Notes: generated by a model from the letters alone, not told the origin. A stretch of DNA of 64,000 bases from Gemmatimonadales bacterium (GCA_965249575.1 OZ252244.1:3328001-3392000), one strand, 5' to 3'. Numbered from the stretch's first letter, positions 39,992 to 50,978 are shown. Numbers and translations: made by a program.

Positions 39992-40750
39992 TCAAATCCG
40001 CTCTACCCCCTCTTCCCGGATCCATCCAACACGTCCGTCCTCGAGCACTACCTCAAGCCATTCGTCGCTCTGCTGATCCAGCCGCACCTTCGTGCCCGCG
40101 TGGATCGTAAAAAGGTGGAGGTCGGTATCGTCGGATGGTGCGCTCTGCACGGGTACGGACTCGGCGAGGACGATCCCCTCTGGAGGTTCCCCGACTCCGA
40201 GCTCGCGCACCGCGAGGTTGATGCTGAAAACGAGCGCGATGGCACCGCCCGCCCGCCCCGTCCGAACCGCCCAGCTAGCCGTCGGCGTACCGGGACGGAG
40301 CACCGCAGCGACGAGTGCCACCATCGCCAGCACGTACGCCAACCCGACTGTTCCGATCAACGCCGATCGCGGAAGGAGGTCGACCCACCAGCGCACCACG
40401 GCGAACGGCAAGAACGCAGGACGCGGCGTGATATCGTCGGTCGTCAACGACCGGGCGAGCTCGAGGTTGGCGCGCAGGTCGTCGTCACGGGGCATGAACC
40501 GGCGCGCCCGCTCGTAGCTCAGGATTGCCGGGCCTAGCCGACCCAGCTTGAAGTATGCGTTACCCAGGTTGTAGTAGAGCGTCCCGCCTTCGAATCCCTC
40601 CTCGAGTACCCGCATGTACGCCGTTACGGCTCCCGCAAAGTTCTCCTCCTGATAAAGGCGACTCCCTTCATCAAAGAAGGCCCGTTGTGTTGCAAGGGCG
40701 GGCGCTACGTGGAATGCAAAGGCCAGCAGCGCCCCCGCCAGGACTCGCAT
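39992..40750 (-). CDS. batE: BatE-like TPR + SH3 protein
   Basis: YYNLGNAYFK TPR, two TMs, IHAGTKV...GRVGWI SH3b; operon position. Confidence 0.8.
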   Translation of the reverse strand: MRVLAGALLAFAFHVAPALATQRAFFDEGSRLYQEENFAGAVTAYMRVLEEGFEGGTLYYNLGNAYFKLGRLGPAILSYERARRFMPRDDDLRANLELARSLTTDDITPRPAFLPFAVVRWWVDLLPRSALIGTVGLAYVLAMVALVAAVLRPGTPTASWAVRTGRAGGAIALVFSINLAVRELGVGEPPEGIVLAESVPVQSAPSDDTDLHLFTIHAGTKVRLDQQSDEWLEVVLEDGRVGWIREEGVERI

Positions 40751-40755
40751 GGATT

Positions 40756-42561
40756 TCACTTGAGTGCGCGCTCCATTCCCGTCATGGCCTGCTCGGCCCG
40801 AGCAGCGAGGCTCTTCATTCCCTCGAGTGTGACGTCGACGGGTGCGAAGCGGTACCGGTCGCACAGGTCCAGGCACGCGAAGTATTCGTCGACCACATCT
40901 CCCGCTACCCCGCGGGCTTCCATGTCGGTCCGGATGGTCTCCTGCACCATTCCAGCCTCGGACACGTTCAGCTTGTCCCCAAGAAAACCGCGGAGGGCAC
41001 GAGCGACCTGAGCGTGAAAGTCCTTGGCCTGGTCGGGGGCAATGAGTGACCGGGCACTCGTCATGTGCCGGCGAGCCGTCCTGCTTGCCCGACGTCCGCG
41101 AGCGAACGCCACGTCCCCAGCGAGCCGGTCCTGATGCCGGCGTACACCGACCGCCGCGCCGAGCACTGACAGCGGCACCAGCGCGACCAGCCAAAAACCC
41201 GCAGATCCGAACAGCGAGCGATCGCGCCGGATGAAATTCGGTGTCGCTACGCGAATGAAGCGGATATCCTGGCGAAGGGTCGTAACGGCCCCACGCCCCC
41301 CAATCGAGATGAGAGGACCCTCGACCGCATCGCCAGTGACCGATACCGGGATGGCGTCGGCGGCTGCCGTCTCGTACCGTGCGGCATCCGCATCGAAGTA
41401 TCCGAACCGCGCGGCGGGTATGGTGTGCAGACCGGGGACCCGGGGAATCAATACGTATTCGTAGGTTTTCGTTCCACGAATTCCACCGCTTGCGCGATCG
41501 ATGTTCTCTGTCATCTCCGGCGGATAGACCTCAAACGCCTCCGGGAAATCGATAGACGGCTCAGGAAGGGTCTGGACGTTGCCCTCGCCCGATAGCGCCA
41601 GGCGATACGTAAGCGCCTCGTTCGTCCGGACATCATTTTTGTCTAGCAACACGTCCACACGGAGGTCGCCTACGAATCCGGTGAACTCGGCGGGGCGACC
41701 GGTCGAGGGCAGGGACCGCACGGCAACCGGGATCGCCTCGGTCGCGAGGGCAACCGGAACTCGTTGTGCGAAGAACCCACCGGAGAGCACATCGAAGGGA
41801 TCTCGCGAGCGCCGATCGATTCGGACCTGTGCCTCGACCGTGACCGGCGCGATCGTCTTGGTCCCCGCCCCCGTCGGAAACAGCGCCCGGCGGCCGATCA
41901 GAGCCGTGGCGTATTTCCTGCCGTCACGCACCACGTTCTCGACCTGCGGGCGGGCTGGTCCCTCGAGTGCTTCGATCCAGAACCCGGCCGCGCTCGGTGG
42001 GTCGTTCATACGGTAGTCGTCAATCGGGAGCTGCGTGTAGATGCGATACTCGACGATCACCGGTTCGTTGACGTACGCCGTCCGCTTGCTTGGGGTGGCC
42101 GTGACGAAGAGCGCATCCGCGGGAATCTCGATCACCCTGCCGTCGGGGCTCGTCGTGGTCCTGGGTCCCGCCGTCTGAGTCACGGTGAGGTCGACCGGCT
42201 CGGTTAACAGCGTCGTGCCGCTGGCGCTCACGGGGATAGCCGGAACGGTAAACGTGCCGACCTTGGTCGCACGAAAACGATACTGAATAGTGAGAGCCAC
42301 GGTCGTGCGACCGTTGACCGAGCGCATCGAGGTCGTCCGTCCAGAGCCCAGGTAGGCGGCGAAATTACCCAGCGTGGGAGGCTTGGGACCGGTTTCCAGC
42401 TGCTGGGTTCCCGAGATCTCGACGTTCACCACGAACTGATTGTTCACGGCGACTGGCTGCGGAGTGACGGTTGCGGAGACGCTCACACCCTGCGATGCCA
42501 GCGCTCCCGGTGACGCGAGCTGAAAAAAGACGACCACTCCCGCGACCCAACGGGTTACCAT
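40756..42561 (-). CDS. batD: BatD family protein
   Basis: Signal peptide, Ig-like BatD repeats, GEGNV, FEVYPP, DIRFI + TM; operon position. Confidence 0.85.
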   Translation of the reverse strand: MVTRWVAGVVVFFQLASPGALASQGVSVSATVTPQPVAVNNQFVVNVEISGTQQLETGPKPPTLGNFAAYLGSGRTTSMRSVNGRTTVALTIQYRFRATKVGTFTVPAIPVSASGTTLLTEPVDLTVTQTAGPRTTTSPDGRVIEIPADALFVTATPSKRTAYVNEPVIVEYRIYTQLPIDDYRMNDPPSAAGFWIEALEGPARPQVENVVRDGRKYATALIGRRALFPTGAGTKTIAPVTVEAQVRIDRRSRDPFDVLSGGFFAQRVPVALATEAIPVAVRSLPSTGRPAEFTGFVGDLRVDVLLDKNDVRTNEALTYRLALSGEGNVQTLPEPSIDFPEAFEVYPPEMTENIDRASGGIRGTKTYEYVLIPRVPGLHTIPAARFGYFDADAARYETAAADAIPVSVTGDAVEGPLISIGGRGAVTTLRQDIRFIRVATPNFIRRDRSLFGSAGFWLVALVPLSVLGAAVGVRRHQDRLAGDVAFARGRRASRTARRHMTSARSLIAPDQAKDFHAQVARALRGFLGDKLNVSEAGMVQETIRTDMEARGVAGDVVDEYFACLDLCDRYRFAPVDVTLEGMKSLAARAEQAMTGMERALK

Positions 42562-43286
42562 TCTTTGCTCGGCCTCCTCCGGGCGGACGTCGCCTTGCGC
42601 CGCCGTTCGATCTTGCTCGGATCCTCCTGAATGGCCTGGAGCAGCCGTTCCGCTTCTTCCGGTGACATCTGTGCAGGGCGCTCCTGCGGTTGCCTCTCCT
42701 GCTCGCGATTCGACTCATCCTCGTCCGGCTGTGACCGTGGCTGGTCTTGCGTCCGATCCTCGCCCTGATCCTGCTCTTGATCTCCTGACTTCGGCTGAGG
42801 CTGTGAATTGGAGTCCTGGTTCTCCGATTCGTTGTTCTGCTGGTTCTGTTGTCGTTGCTGCTGCTGCTGCTCGATGACGCGCTCGAGATTGTGCTTGGCG
42901 TCGCCGTCATCCGGTTCCAGCCGCAGAGCCTGCTTGAACGCTTCGGCGCCTGCTTGGAGTTCTCGTTGTTTGAAGAGTGCGTTGCCGATGTTGTACCACG
43001 CGCGGGCTTGCATGGCCGAATCACCCGCTTCGACCGCGGCGCGGTACGATTCGACGGCGCTCCGGTAATCCTGTGATTTGTACAGCGCATTCCCGTCGTT
43101 GAACCGGATCAGCTCGGACTCCGGCGCCTCTCTCAGCGCGTCAAGATACTTCTCATGGGCCTCATCGAAGCGTGTCGCGTCATAGAGGCGATTGCCCTCT
43201 TCGACGAGCGCGCGACCCCGTTGGGCCTCCAGCCGCAGGGTCAAGACGGTCATCGCTGTGAGGGCCGCGGCCAGGACCTTCGTCAT
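42555..43286 (-). CDS. batC: BatC-like TPR protein with Gln-rich linker
   Basis: TPRs, poly-Q linker, MSPEEAERLLQAI, terminal KEW. Confidence 0.85.
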   Translation of the reverse strand: MTKVLAAALTAMTVLTLRLEAQRGRALVEEGNRLYDATRFDEAHEKYLDALREAPESELIRFNDGNALYKSQDYRSAVESYRAAVEAGDSAMQARAWYNIGNALFKQRELQAGAEAFKQALRLEPDDGDAKHNLERVIEQQQQQRQQNQQNNESENQDSNSQPQPKSGDQEQDQGEDRTQDQPRSQPDEDESNREQERQPQERPAQMSPEEAERLLQAIQEDPSKIERRRKATSARRRPSKEW

Positions 43287-44314
43287 CGCACCCTGCCTGC
43301 CCACGTTTGCCTTACGGTCCTACGGTCCGGAATGAGCATTTCGGCGATCAACAAGAGGAGCCCGAGTCCCACAAAGATCTGAAACTGCTCCTCGAACTGG
43401 GTCACTTCCAGCGACTCGAGCTCCCGGCCGGTCTCGCCGGTCAATTCCTCCACGAGCTCGTCGAGCTCGGACCCGCGTGGCGAGGCGCGATAGTACTGCC
43501 CGCTCGTTTCCTCGACGATTCGAACGAGCGTCGTCTCGTCTAGTACCGAGGTGATCACGTTCCCGCCCTCGTCTCGCATGAATCCAGTGCGGCGGCCGGC
43601 CGCGTCGAACTGCGGAACCGGCACCCCGGCCGGCGTTCCCATGCCTACCGCCAAGATCCGTACCCCCTCGTCCGTCGCGCGTTCGACCGCGTCATCGATC
43701 CCCCCCTCGTGATCCTCTCCATCCGTGATGACGATGAGCGCGCGGTGTTGGTTCGTGCCCGCGTCGAACGCGTCGAGCGCCGTTTGGAGAGCGGCGCCCA
43801 AGTCCGTTCCCTGTACCGACACGATGTCCGGCTCCATCGCGTTCAGGAACAGGAGCGCCGCTGCGTAGTCCAGGGTCAGTGGGCTCTGTACAAACGCCTC
43901 ACCCGCAAACGCGACGAGCCCGACACGATCGCCGTCCAACCGGCGAATCAACGTGGAGACCGTGAACTTCGCTTTCTCCAGCCGATTGGGTGCGATGTCC
44001 TCCGCCAACATCGAGCGGGAAACGTCGATCGCCACGATGACGTCGAGACCCTCGCGCTTCACGGTCTCGACGCGGGTACCGAACTGCGGGCGAGCCAGCG
44101 CGAAAACGAGGAGTCCGAGGACCACCACCACGAGGATGCGCTTGGCGAGGCGCCCGGAGCGGTTGACGGTTGCGGTCAGGCGTTCCATGAGCGCCGAGTC
44201 TCCGAACGCCGCCAGCGTGTGGTCGGTTTGGCGGGCGACGAAGTAAAAGAACAGGGTGGCCGCCGGTACCGAGACCAGGCCAAAGAGGAATTCCGACGCA
44301 CCGAACCGGAACAT
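43283..44314 (-). CDS. batB: BatB-like VWA protein
   Basis: DVSRSM MIDAS, PLTLDY, TDGEDH. Confidence 0.85.
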   Translation of the reverse strand: MFRFGASEFLFGLVSVPAATLFFYFVARQTDHTLAAFGDSALMERLTATVNRSGRLAKRILVVVVLGLLVFALARPQFGTRVETVKREGLDVIVAIDVSRSMLAEDIAPNRLEKAKFTVSTLIRRLDGDRVGLVAFAGEAFVQSPLTLDYAAALLFLNAMEPDIVSVQGTDLGAALQTALDAFDAGTNQHRALIVITDGEDHEGGIDDAVERATDEGVRILAVGMGTPAGVPVPQFDAAGRRTGFMRDEGGNVITSVLDETTLVRIVEETSGQYYRASPRGSELDELVEELTGETGRELESLEVTQFEEQFQIFVGLGLLLLIAEMLIPDRRTVRQTWAGRVR

Positions 44315-44321
44315 GGCCCCC

Positions 44322-45311
44322 CTACGGAACGCGACGCCACACGGTGTGGGCGGCGACCAGTTCGAGGACGATCAGTCCGAGACCAACGGCGAGTGGTATG
44401 TGAAACAGCTCACCGTAGCGCGTAAAGTGTTCCGCCTCGATCTCGGTGGTCTCCAACTGGTCGATCTCCTCGTAAATTGCCTCCAGGCTCTCACGGTCGG
44501 TCGCGCGGTAGTACTGACCGCCCGTGATGTCGGCCACTTCGCGCAGCACGTCCTCGTCGATGTCGACCCGCATCGGAACCGGGCGCTCGCCGAAGACGGG
44601 GTCGTTGATCCGCACCCGGGCGATACCGCGTGTCCCAGCGCCCACTGTGTAGATCTTGATGTCGAGCGCCTGGGCCATCTGCGCCGCCGTCACCGGATCG
44701 ATCTCACCGCGGTTGTTCCGGCCGTCGGTCAGCAGCACAATGACCCGCGATTCCGCGTTCGAGTCCTGTAGCCGCTTGACCGCGGTCGCGAGCCCCATGC
44801 CGATCGCTGTCCCATCCTCGATCACGCCCGGTGCCAAGTCGCGCAGAATGGTGGTCACAACGTTGTAGTCCAGCGTGAGCGGCGCCTGTGTGAATGCCTC
44901 CCCGGCAAACACGACGAGACCGATACGATCGTTCCGGCGGCCTTGAACGAAATCGGCCGCCACCTGTTTGGTCGCCTCGATGCGGCTCGGCGTCAGATCC
45001 TCAGCGAGCATGGATGTCGACAGGTCGAGGGCCATCACGATATCGATCCCCTGCGTCGTAACCGTTTCTTCGGTCACTCCCGACTGGGGACGGGCGAAGG
45101 CCACGATCAAGACGCCGAGAGCGGCGACACGCGCGACGAATACCAGGTGGCGCCAGCGTGCCGTGTGTCGGATATCGCTTTGCCTGACGATCTCCACCGT
45201 CGAGTACCGAATTGCAGGTTCCCGATGCCGACGGCGCACGTACCAGAGAACCAGGACGGGAACCGCCGTGAGCGGGAGCAAGAACGCGGGATCGGCGAAG
45301 CGGTAGATCAT
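44322..45311 (-). CDS. batA: BatA-like VWA protein
   Basis: ARPQ, DLSTSM, GTAIGMGLATAV, TDGRNNRG. Confidence 0.88.
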   Translation of the reverse strand: MIYRFADPAFLLPLTAVPVLVLWYVRRRHREPAIRYSTVEIVRQSDIRHTARWRHLVFVARVAALGVLIVAFARPQSGVTEETVTTQGIDIVMALDLSTSMLAEDLTPSRIEATKQVAADFVQGRRNDRIGLVVFAGEAFTQAPLTLDYNVVTTILRDLAPGVIEDGTAIGMGLATAVKRLQDSNAESRVIVLLTDGRNNRGEIDPVTAAQMAQALDIKIYTVGAGTRGIARVRINDPVFGERPVPMRVDIDEDVLREVADITGGQYYRATDRESLEAIYEEIDQLETTEIEAEHFTRYGELFHIPLAVGLGLIVLELVAAHTVWRRVP

Positions 45312-46249
45312 GCTGCGCTGGCTTCGACTAGAGGCGGCGCGGGACGGGTGATCCCCACCCAGTGGCGCGCTGAGGGTACGATGCCACGGCTGGCCGTTGG
45401 GGCCGGCGTGTGCTTGGCGAACTTCACCAGGTCGCAGGACTCGAGGAAGACATGTGCGGACTCGACGATCTCCCGGTCAAGTCCCTCGTCCGCTAGCCGT
45501 CGCACGACGTCATCTGTCACCATCTCCAGAGCGTCGATCCCGAAGCGGCCCGCGACGTAGGTCCGGAAAATGTCGGCCACCCGAATGTAGTGCTCTTTGT
45601 ATTCACCCCGGTCGAGCAGTCTGGCCGTCTCGAGAGTTTCGAGGGCCTCGAGCGCCACCTCGTGAGGTGACCGGGCTGGTACGAAGGGCGCGACCGTCGC
45701 CGGGCGCTCGCGGAGTCGGTGGCGGCGGTACAGCCACCAACCCAGCGCGACGACCAGCAGGGACCCGACCACCCAGGGCCACAGCAGCCACCAGTTCCGC
45801 GGCATCGTCATCGGCCCCTTCACGTCGCGGACGTCCCCGCCCTCGTCGAGGCCGACACTCGCCACGGTGACGGTCCATCCATCGGTTGCGAGGGGCCGTA
45901 CGCTGTCACCCTCGATCGTCACGTCGAAGCTCGGGATCACGAGGTTGCCCAACTCGAACGCAGTCAAAGTCAGTTCGAGCGACGAAGTGATACGGTCTCC
46001 ACTCGTCACCGACTCGCCAACGCGCGCCCCGAGGACCTCGAATGGGGCGATGGCCAGGGAATCGGGCCACACGACTCTTTCAGTTTCTGCGTGCGTTACC
46101 TCGATCGTCAGCCGCAGCCGATCCCCGACCTGGACGACGGCGGTATCGAGGCTAGTGCGAATTGAGGGTCGGCCGGACTGGGCATGCACGCCCGGAGCGC
46201 CCATGCCAATGCCGGCGATCGCCAGTGTCGTCAGCACATGCGATCTCAT
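45308..46249 (-). CDS. Bat-operon membrane-anchored protein
   Basis: Signal peptide, Ig-like domain, RDVKGP + TM, DLVKFAK C-terminus. Confidence 0.75.
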   Translation of the reverse strand: MRSHVLTTLAIAGIGMGAPGVHAQSGRPSIRTSLDTAVVQVGDRLRLTIEVTHAETERVVWPDSLAIAPFEVLGARVGESVTSGDRITSSLELTLTAFELGNLVIPSFDVTIEGDSVRPLATDGWTVTVASVGLDEGGDVRDVKGPMTMPRNWWLLWPWVVGSLLVVALGWWLYRRHRLRERPATVAPFVPARSPHEVALEALETLETARLLDRGEYKEHYIRVADIFRTYVAGRFGIDALEMVTDDVVRRLADEGLDREIVESAHVFLESCDLVKFAKHTPAPTASRGIVPSARHWVGITRPAPPLVEASAA

Positions 46250-47124
46250 CGAAACCCCTGCTCCCGTTCCTTGAAGAATCGCATGAGCGGTTCGACATAC
46301 GATTCGCCGGTGCGTACCGGAATCACGTCCACCTTGGAGCGCCGGAACGCCCGTGCCCGTTCGGCCCGCGATCGCTCAACTCGCTCTCGAAACGCTCGCT
46401 GAAGCGCCGCGTCGGATGTGTCGATGACGATCTGCTCTCCGGTCTCCGCATCCTGCAGCGCGACCAGGCCGATAGGTGGGAGTGCATCCTCGCGGCGGTC
46501 TCCGACTTCGATCGCGATCACGTCGTGACGGCGTCCCGCCACCGAGAGCGGTCGCTGGTAGCCGGCGGCGATGAAATCCGAAACCAGGAACACCACCGCG
46601 CGGCGCGTGGTGACGCGCGTCAAATACTCTAGCGCTCCGGCGATATCGGTCCCGCGGCCTTCCGGCTGGAAGTATAGCAATTCACGAAGGACGCGTAGGA
46701 CGTGCCGGCGTCCCTTTCGGGGTGGGACGAACTTCTCGATCCGGTCCGTGAAGATGATGAGACCAACTTTGTCGTTGTTCTTGATGGCGCTGAACGCCAG
46801 AGCAGCGCAGATCTCGACGGCTAATTCGCTCTTCGTGCGCTCGAGGCTGCCAAAGTCACCGGACCGGCTGGCGTCGACGACCAGCATGACGGTCAGCTCG
46901 CGCTCCTCGTCGAAGACCTTGACGAAGGGATCGCCCGTCCGGGCGGTGACGTTCCAGTCGATCGACCGGATGTCGTCACCGTATTGGTATTCGCGGACCT
47001 CCGCGAAACTCATCCCCCGGCCCTTGAACACGGAGTGGTACTCGCCGGAGAACACATCGTTGACGAGTCCCCGGGTGGCGATCTCGATTCGTCGCACTTT
47101 CTGGAGGATCTCGCGTGGTATCAT
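46246..47124 (-). CDS. DUF58 domain protein
   Basis: GEYHSVFKGRGMSFAEVREY..GDDIRSIDWNVTAR. Confidence 0.93.
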   Translation of the reverse strand: MIPREILQKVRRIEIATRGLVNDVFSGEYHSVFKGRGMSFAEVREYQYGDDIRSIDWNVTARTGDPFVKVFDEERELTVMLVVDASRSGDFGSLERTKSELAVEICAALAFSAIKNNDKVGLIIFTDRIEKFVPPRKGRRHVLRVLRELLYFQPEGRGTDIAGALEYLTRVTTRRAVVFLVSDFIAAGYQRPLSVAGRRHDVIAIEVGDRREDALPPIGLVALQDAETGEQIVIDTSDAALQRAFRERVERSRAERARAFRRSKVDVIPVRTGESYVEPLMRFFKEREQGFR

Positions 47125-47134
47125 CGCACGCCCC

Positions 47135-48124
47135 CTAGGGGACCTCGATGTTGTCGAGGACCTGAGACACCACGTCCTCGGACGTCCGCTCTTCCGCTTC
47201 GGCCTCGTACGTGATCAGCACCCGGTGCCGCAGGACATCCATCGCGATCGTCCGCACGTCTTCCGGCGTCACGTACCCGCGTCGCTTGAGGAATGCCTGG
47301 GCGCGAGCTGCCTTGGCAAGGTTGATGGTCGCGCGCGGAGACGCCCCGAACGCGATGAGATCACCGAGCTCCGCGAGTCCGTACGCGTGCGGTTCCCGTG
47401 TCGCAAAAACCAGGTTGACAATGTATTCCTCGACCTGCGGGTCCATATAGATGCTCTGGACCGCCTTCCGGGCGCTCATAATGTCGTCGGCGTGCACAAC
47501 GGTCTTGACCTCTGGTTCCGGACCGGCCGCCATACGCCGCATGATTTCCAGTTCTTCGTCCTTCTGTGGGTAACCGACAGAGAGCTTCAGCATGAAGCGG
47601 TCGACCTGCGCTTCGGGTAGTGGATAGGTCCCCTCCTGCTCGATCGGGTTCTGCGTGGCGAGGACGAGAAACGGGGAATCGAGCTGGTAGGTCGTGTCGC
47701 CGATCGTGACCGAGCGCTCCTGCATGGCTTCCAGGAGGGCGGACTGTACTTTTGCGGGCGACCGGTTGATCTCGTCCGCGAGGATCACGTTCGCGAATAT
47801 CGGCCCCTTGTGGGTCTTGAATTCCGACTCTCGCGGGTCGTAAACCAGGGTGCCGACGAGGTCGGCCGGCAGCAGATCCGGCGTGAATTGCACGCGTCGG
47901 AACGTCGTATCGATCGACCGGGCGAGCGTGCGGACCGTCATCGTTTTGGCGAGGCCGGGGACGCCCTCCATGAGCACGTGCCCATCGGCCAACAAGCCAA
48001 TGAGCAATCGCTCGATCATGTACCGCTGGCCGACGATCACGCGGCCAATTTCGTCGAGGAGTCGATCGACGAACGCGCTTTCCTCGCGGATCTTCTGCTG
48101 GATGGCTTCAATGTCTCGATGCAT
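47135..48124 (-). CDS. moxR: MoxR family AAA+ ATPase
   Basis: EGVPGLAKT, QFTPDLLPAD, DEINR, ATQNPIEQEGTYPLPEAQVDRF. Confidence 0.95.
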   Translation of the reverse strand: MHRDIEAIQQKIREESAFVDRLLDEIGRVIVGQRYMIERLLIGLLADGHVLMEGVPGLAKTMTVRTLARSIDTTFRRVQFTPDLLPADLVGTLVYDPRESEFKTHKGPIFANVILADEINRSPAKVQSALLEAMQERSVTIGDTTYQLDSPFLVLATQNPIEQEGTYPLPEAQVDRFMLKLSVGYPQKDEELEIMRRMAAGPEPEVKTVVHADDIMSARKAVQSIYMDPQVEEYIVNLVFATREPHAYGLAELGDLIAFGASPRATINLAKAARAQAFLKRRGYVTPEDVRTIAMDVLRHRVLITYEAEAEERTSEDVVSQVLDNIEVP

Positions 48125-48580
48125 CGTGAGTGCGAACTCTCAGAGGTTCGAGGGTGGGCCCGCCCGGACGTGGCCGGTGGGGGCCCATGGCCGCCCGGCC
48201 GGGCGGCCTCCACTAGGCTCGACCTAAGATAAGAATGATGAACCGGTCGGGGGAATCGTCGCGCGGCTGGACTTCCGGCGGTCTGGCGGCCCAGTGGCCG
48301 CGCCTGCACTTTGTCGTGCGCAGCGCGCCGTCGATCACCCGCCGCCGAAACCGAGGTCAACATGCAATACCTGTCGGAACGGCTTGACGCAGAGATCCGG
48401 TGGCGCCTCGTCCTGGTTGGAGGGATGGCCAACATCCGGTTCAAGTGGATTGCGGTGGCGGTGGTGGGCGGCAGGGAACTGGCGAAGAGAGTCGGCTTGG
48501 CCTTTGGGATCTTCCTGGCGGTGGTGCGTTGATCCTTGGGGCGTGGCCGTAGTCATGCGTTCCCTTCCAGGGAGGAAACC

Positions 48581-49081
48581 GTGACGCCGATCCTCCACCG
48601 ATCGAAACCCTGGCACGGACGTTTCGTGGTTCCGCGATTGGTTCTGTCGCTGACTGTCGCCGCGTGCCCGCTCACGGTCCACGCCCAATCCCCGGCTCCC
48701 ACTGAGGCAGGTGCGGTCGGACTCACCGAGTGGCGACCGATGCCGGTCGTGCCGGGCGCGGCGATCATGTTCCTGGTCGGTAATCCGGGGAAGCACGAGA
48801 TGTTTGTGGCACGCGTGCGTTACCCCGAGGGAAGTCCCGTCATCCCTCCACACTGGCACAACACGACGTATAACCTGACCGTGCTGCGGGGGACCCTCGT
48901 CATCGGTATGGGTGACAGTATCGACTCGACCGCCGTGCAGAGGCTCGGACCGGGGAGCTTCTTGGTGCTCGAGGGTGGGATGAACCACTATGAGTGGTTC
49001 GAGGGCAAGATGGAGATGCAGATTGCCGGCGTCGGTCCGTTACGAACCGTCTTCCCGAACTCGGATGACTCTCGGCGATGA
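48581..49081 (+). CDS. Secreted cupin domain protein (DUF4437-like)
   Basis: GGAGG RBS, signal peptide, PPHWH...TVLRG...GMG...H cupin motifs. Confidence 0.8.
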   Translation: MTPILHRSKPWHGRFVVPRLVLSLTVAACPLTVHAQSPAPTEAGAVGLTEWRPMPVVPGAAIMFLVGNPGKHEMFVARVRYPEGSPVIPPHWHNTTYNLTVLRGTLVIGMGDSIDSTAVQRLGPGSFLVLEGGMNHYEWFEGKMEMQIAGVGPLRTVFPNSDDSRR

Positions 49082-49120
49082 CTAGGTTCGGGTTCTTCTT
49101 GGAGCGGGTGAGCACGGGCT

Positions 49121-49486
49121 CCCGGGACATCACTGGACCAGCCCATTTCCATGGCCACCCCGCTTGTCCACAAGGGAGCGACCGCCGGTGCCAAGGTTCA
49201 AGCGATGACCATCGTGGACTTCCTGGTGCAACCCGATTTGATCGCAGAGGCTTGGGATTACTTCGAGAACGTTCAGACGAAGGCTATCGAGTACGCGCCG
49301 CTCATTCGTCCCGCCGATCGGCCCGCTATCGAACTGAACAAGGACATTATGGCCGAATTCCGGCCAGCGATGCGCGAGTTCTACTACGACCCGGCGCGAT
49401 ATGATACCTACCTCGACCAACTTGGCGTGAGCTATCCTACGATCGGTGGCTGCGCCGAGCGCTGTGTGGGTCGGGATGTGATTTGA
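49121..49486 (+). pseudogene. C-terminal fragment of an AbgB-like M20 amidohydrolase
   Basis: PGHHW..ISMATPLVHKG..AGAK..FYYDPARYDTYLDQLG; the N-terminal majority of the protein is missing. Confidence 0.7.
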
Positions 49487-49493
49487 CGCCTGG

Positions 49494-50978
49494 TCACTCC
49501 CGCTGGCCGAGCTCCTCCTCCAGCTCGGTCAACGCGACGGGCCAGCGGGGGTGTCGCGCCGCGCGAATGCGGGCGAGGGGCCCCGCGACCACCGTGACCA
49601 TACCGGAGGGTTCCAGATAGCGCGCGGCGACATCCTTGATGTCGGCGGCGGTGACGGCGCCGACCGCTTCGGGCCACTGCATTAGCTGGCTCGTGCCCCC
49701 GTGACGGACCTGCTCGACCGCGAAGGTCTCACTCGCCTTCGAGGCCCCCTCCAGGCGCCCGCGCCATTCGGCCTGGACCAGCCATCCCCGCGCGCGTGTT
49801 ACCTCGTCTTCGTGGACCGCCTCGCCGGCGTCATGTAGGCGCAGGACCTCTTCCAGACTGAAGCGAACGAGCGGGGCGACAGCCTCCGGCCGGCCTCCGG
49901 TGCGGATGTGCACCAGGCCGGTGCCCGACCCGGTCTCGGGAAGAAGGAAAGCGTCTCTGTTCGTAAGACCGCGAATCTCGCGCGCGGCGATGTTGAGCCG
50001 CTCGGACAGGATGAACCGGAGCGCTGCGAGCGCGGCGCGGTCGGTCTCCGGAATGGCACCTAACGCTTTGCCAATGGCGACCCAACCTTCGAGGCTCGGG
50101 ACGTCGACGGTGTACAGCCCACCTTCCAGCGGCTGGGGTGCGAGCGCGACTGGAGGACTCGCTCCACCTCGGGTGCGCGGCCACCCTCGAGTCGTGGCCT
50201 CGACCGCTCCTTCCACGGCGGGTAGCTCGATGTTCCCGCCGACGCCAAGAACCACACGATCGGCTCGCAGGGTGCGGGACGCCAGTGAGCGAAGGGCGCT
50301 CAGAGAGACCCTCGTTCCGGGGCTGGGTGGCGCAAGGGGGTAACCATACACGCGCCGTTCGAGCTCGACCTTTGGCCGGAAGCCATCGCCGCCGATACCC
50401 GCCATCGGCATGGTATACCCCTGGCCCGCTCGGTATTGCTGAACCATCGATGCGCTGAGGTCGGGATTCCTGAGCAGGCCGACGAGCAGCTCCAGCCCGT
50501 CACGCCAGTCCTCTGGAAGGACGTTGAGTGAAATCCGCGTCATGTCGAGCGTCTGCTCGACATCCAGCCCCGTGCCGAGCCCGGCCAGTCGCAGCGACAG
50601 CGGCTGCTTACCACCCACCGCCCCGCGTGTCGTGAGGATCTGCGTCAACAGTGCGGATGCCCCCGCCCCGCCGGCCGCCTCGTGCAAGCGCCCCAGGGGG
50701 AGCGCAGCGGTGATTCGAACCAACGGATCGGTGGGCCCGGGGATGATATACGCTTGCACGCCGCTCGTGGCCTTGAACAAGGCCCCGGACGGATCGGCGT
50801 GGGCGAACGTCGCGGCGTCGAGGTCGAGATCCCGGGGGTGAGGCCAGTCGTGATCGAGGGCCGCGCGCGTGCGGCCCGGCAACAGGTCGCCGGTTCCTCC
50901 GCAGGCAGCGAGCGCGATCGTCGCGAGCGCGGTGACCATCCACACGTGCAGACCGTTTGACTTCATCGCCGCGCTCAT
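49494..50978 (-). CDS. M16 peptidase-like lipoprotein (non-catalytic subunit)
   Basis: Lipobox LAAC; M16 fold features; no HxxEH. Confidence 0.75.
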   Translation of the reverse strand: MSAAMKSNGLHVWMVTALATIALAACGGTGDLLPGRTRAALDHDWPHPRDLDLDAATFAHADPSGALFKATSGVQAYIIPGPTDPLVRITAALPLGRLHEAAGGAGASALLTQILTTRGAVGGKQPLSLRLAGLGTGLDVEQTLDMTRISLNVLPEDWRDGLELLVGLLRNPDLSASMVQQYRAGQGYTMPMAGIGGDGFRPKVELERRVYGYPLAPPSPGTRVSLSALRSLASRTLRADRVVLGVGGNIELPAVEGAVEATTRGWPRTRGGASPPVALAPQPLEGGLYTVDVPSLEGWVAIGKALGAIPETDRAALAALRFILSERLNIAAREIRGLTNRDAFLLPETGSGTGLVHIRTGGRPEAVAPLVRFSLEEVLRLHDAGEAVHEDEVTRARGWLVQAEWRGRLEGASKASETFAVEQVRHGGTSQLMQWPEAVGAVTAADIKDVAARYLEPSGMVTVVAGPLARIRAARHPRWPVALTELEEELGQRE

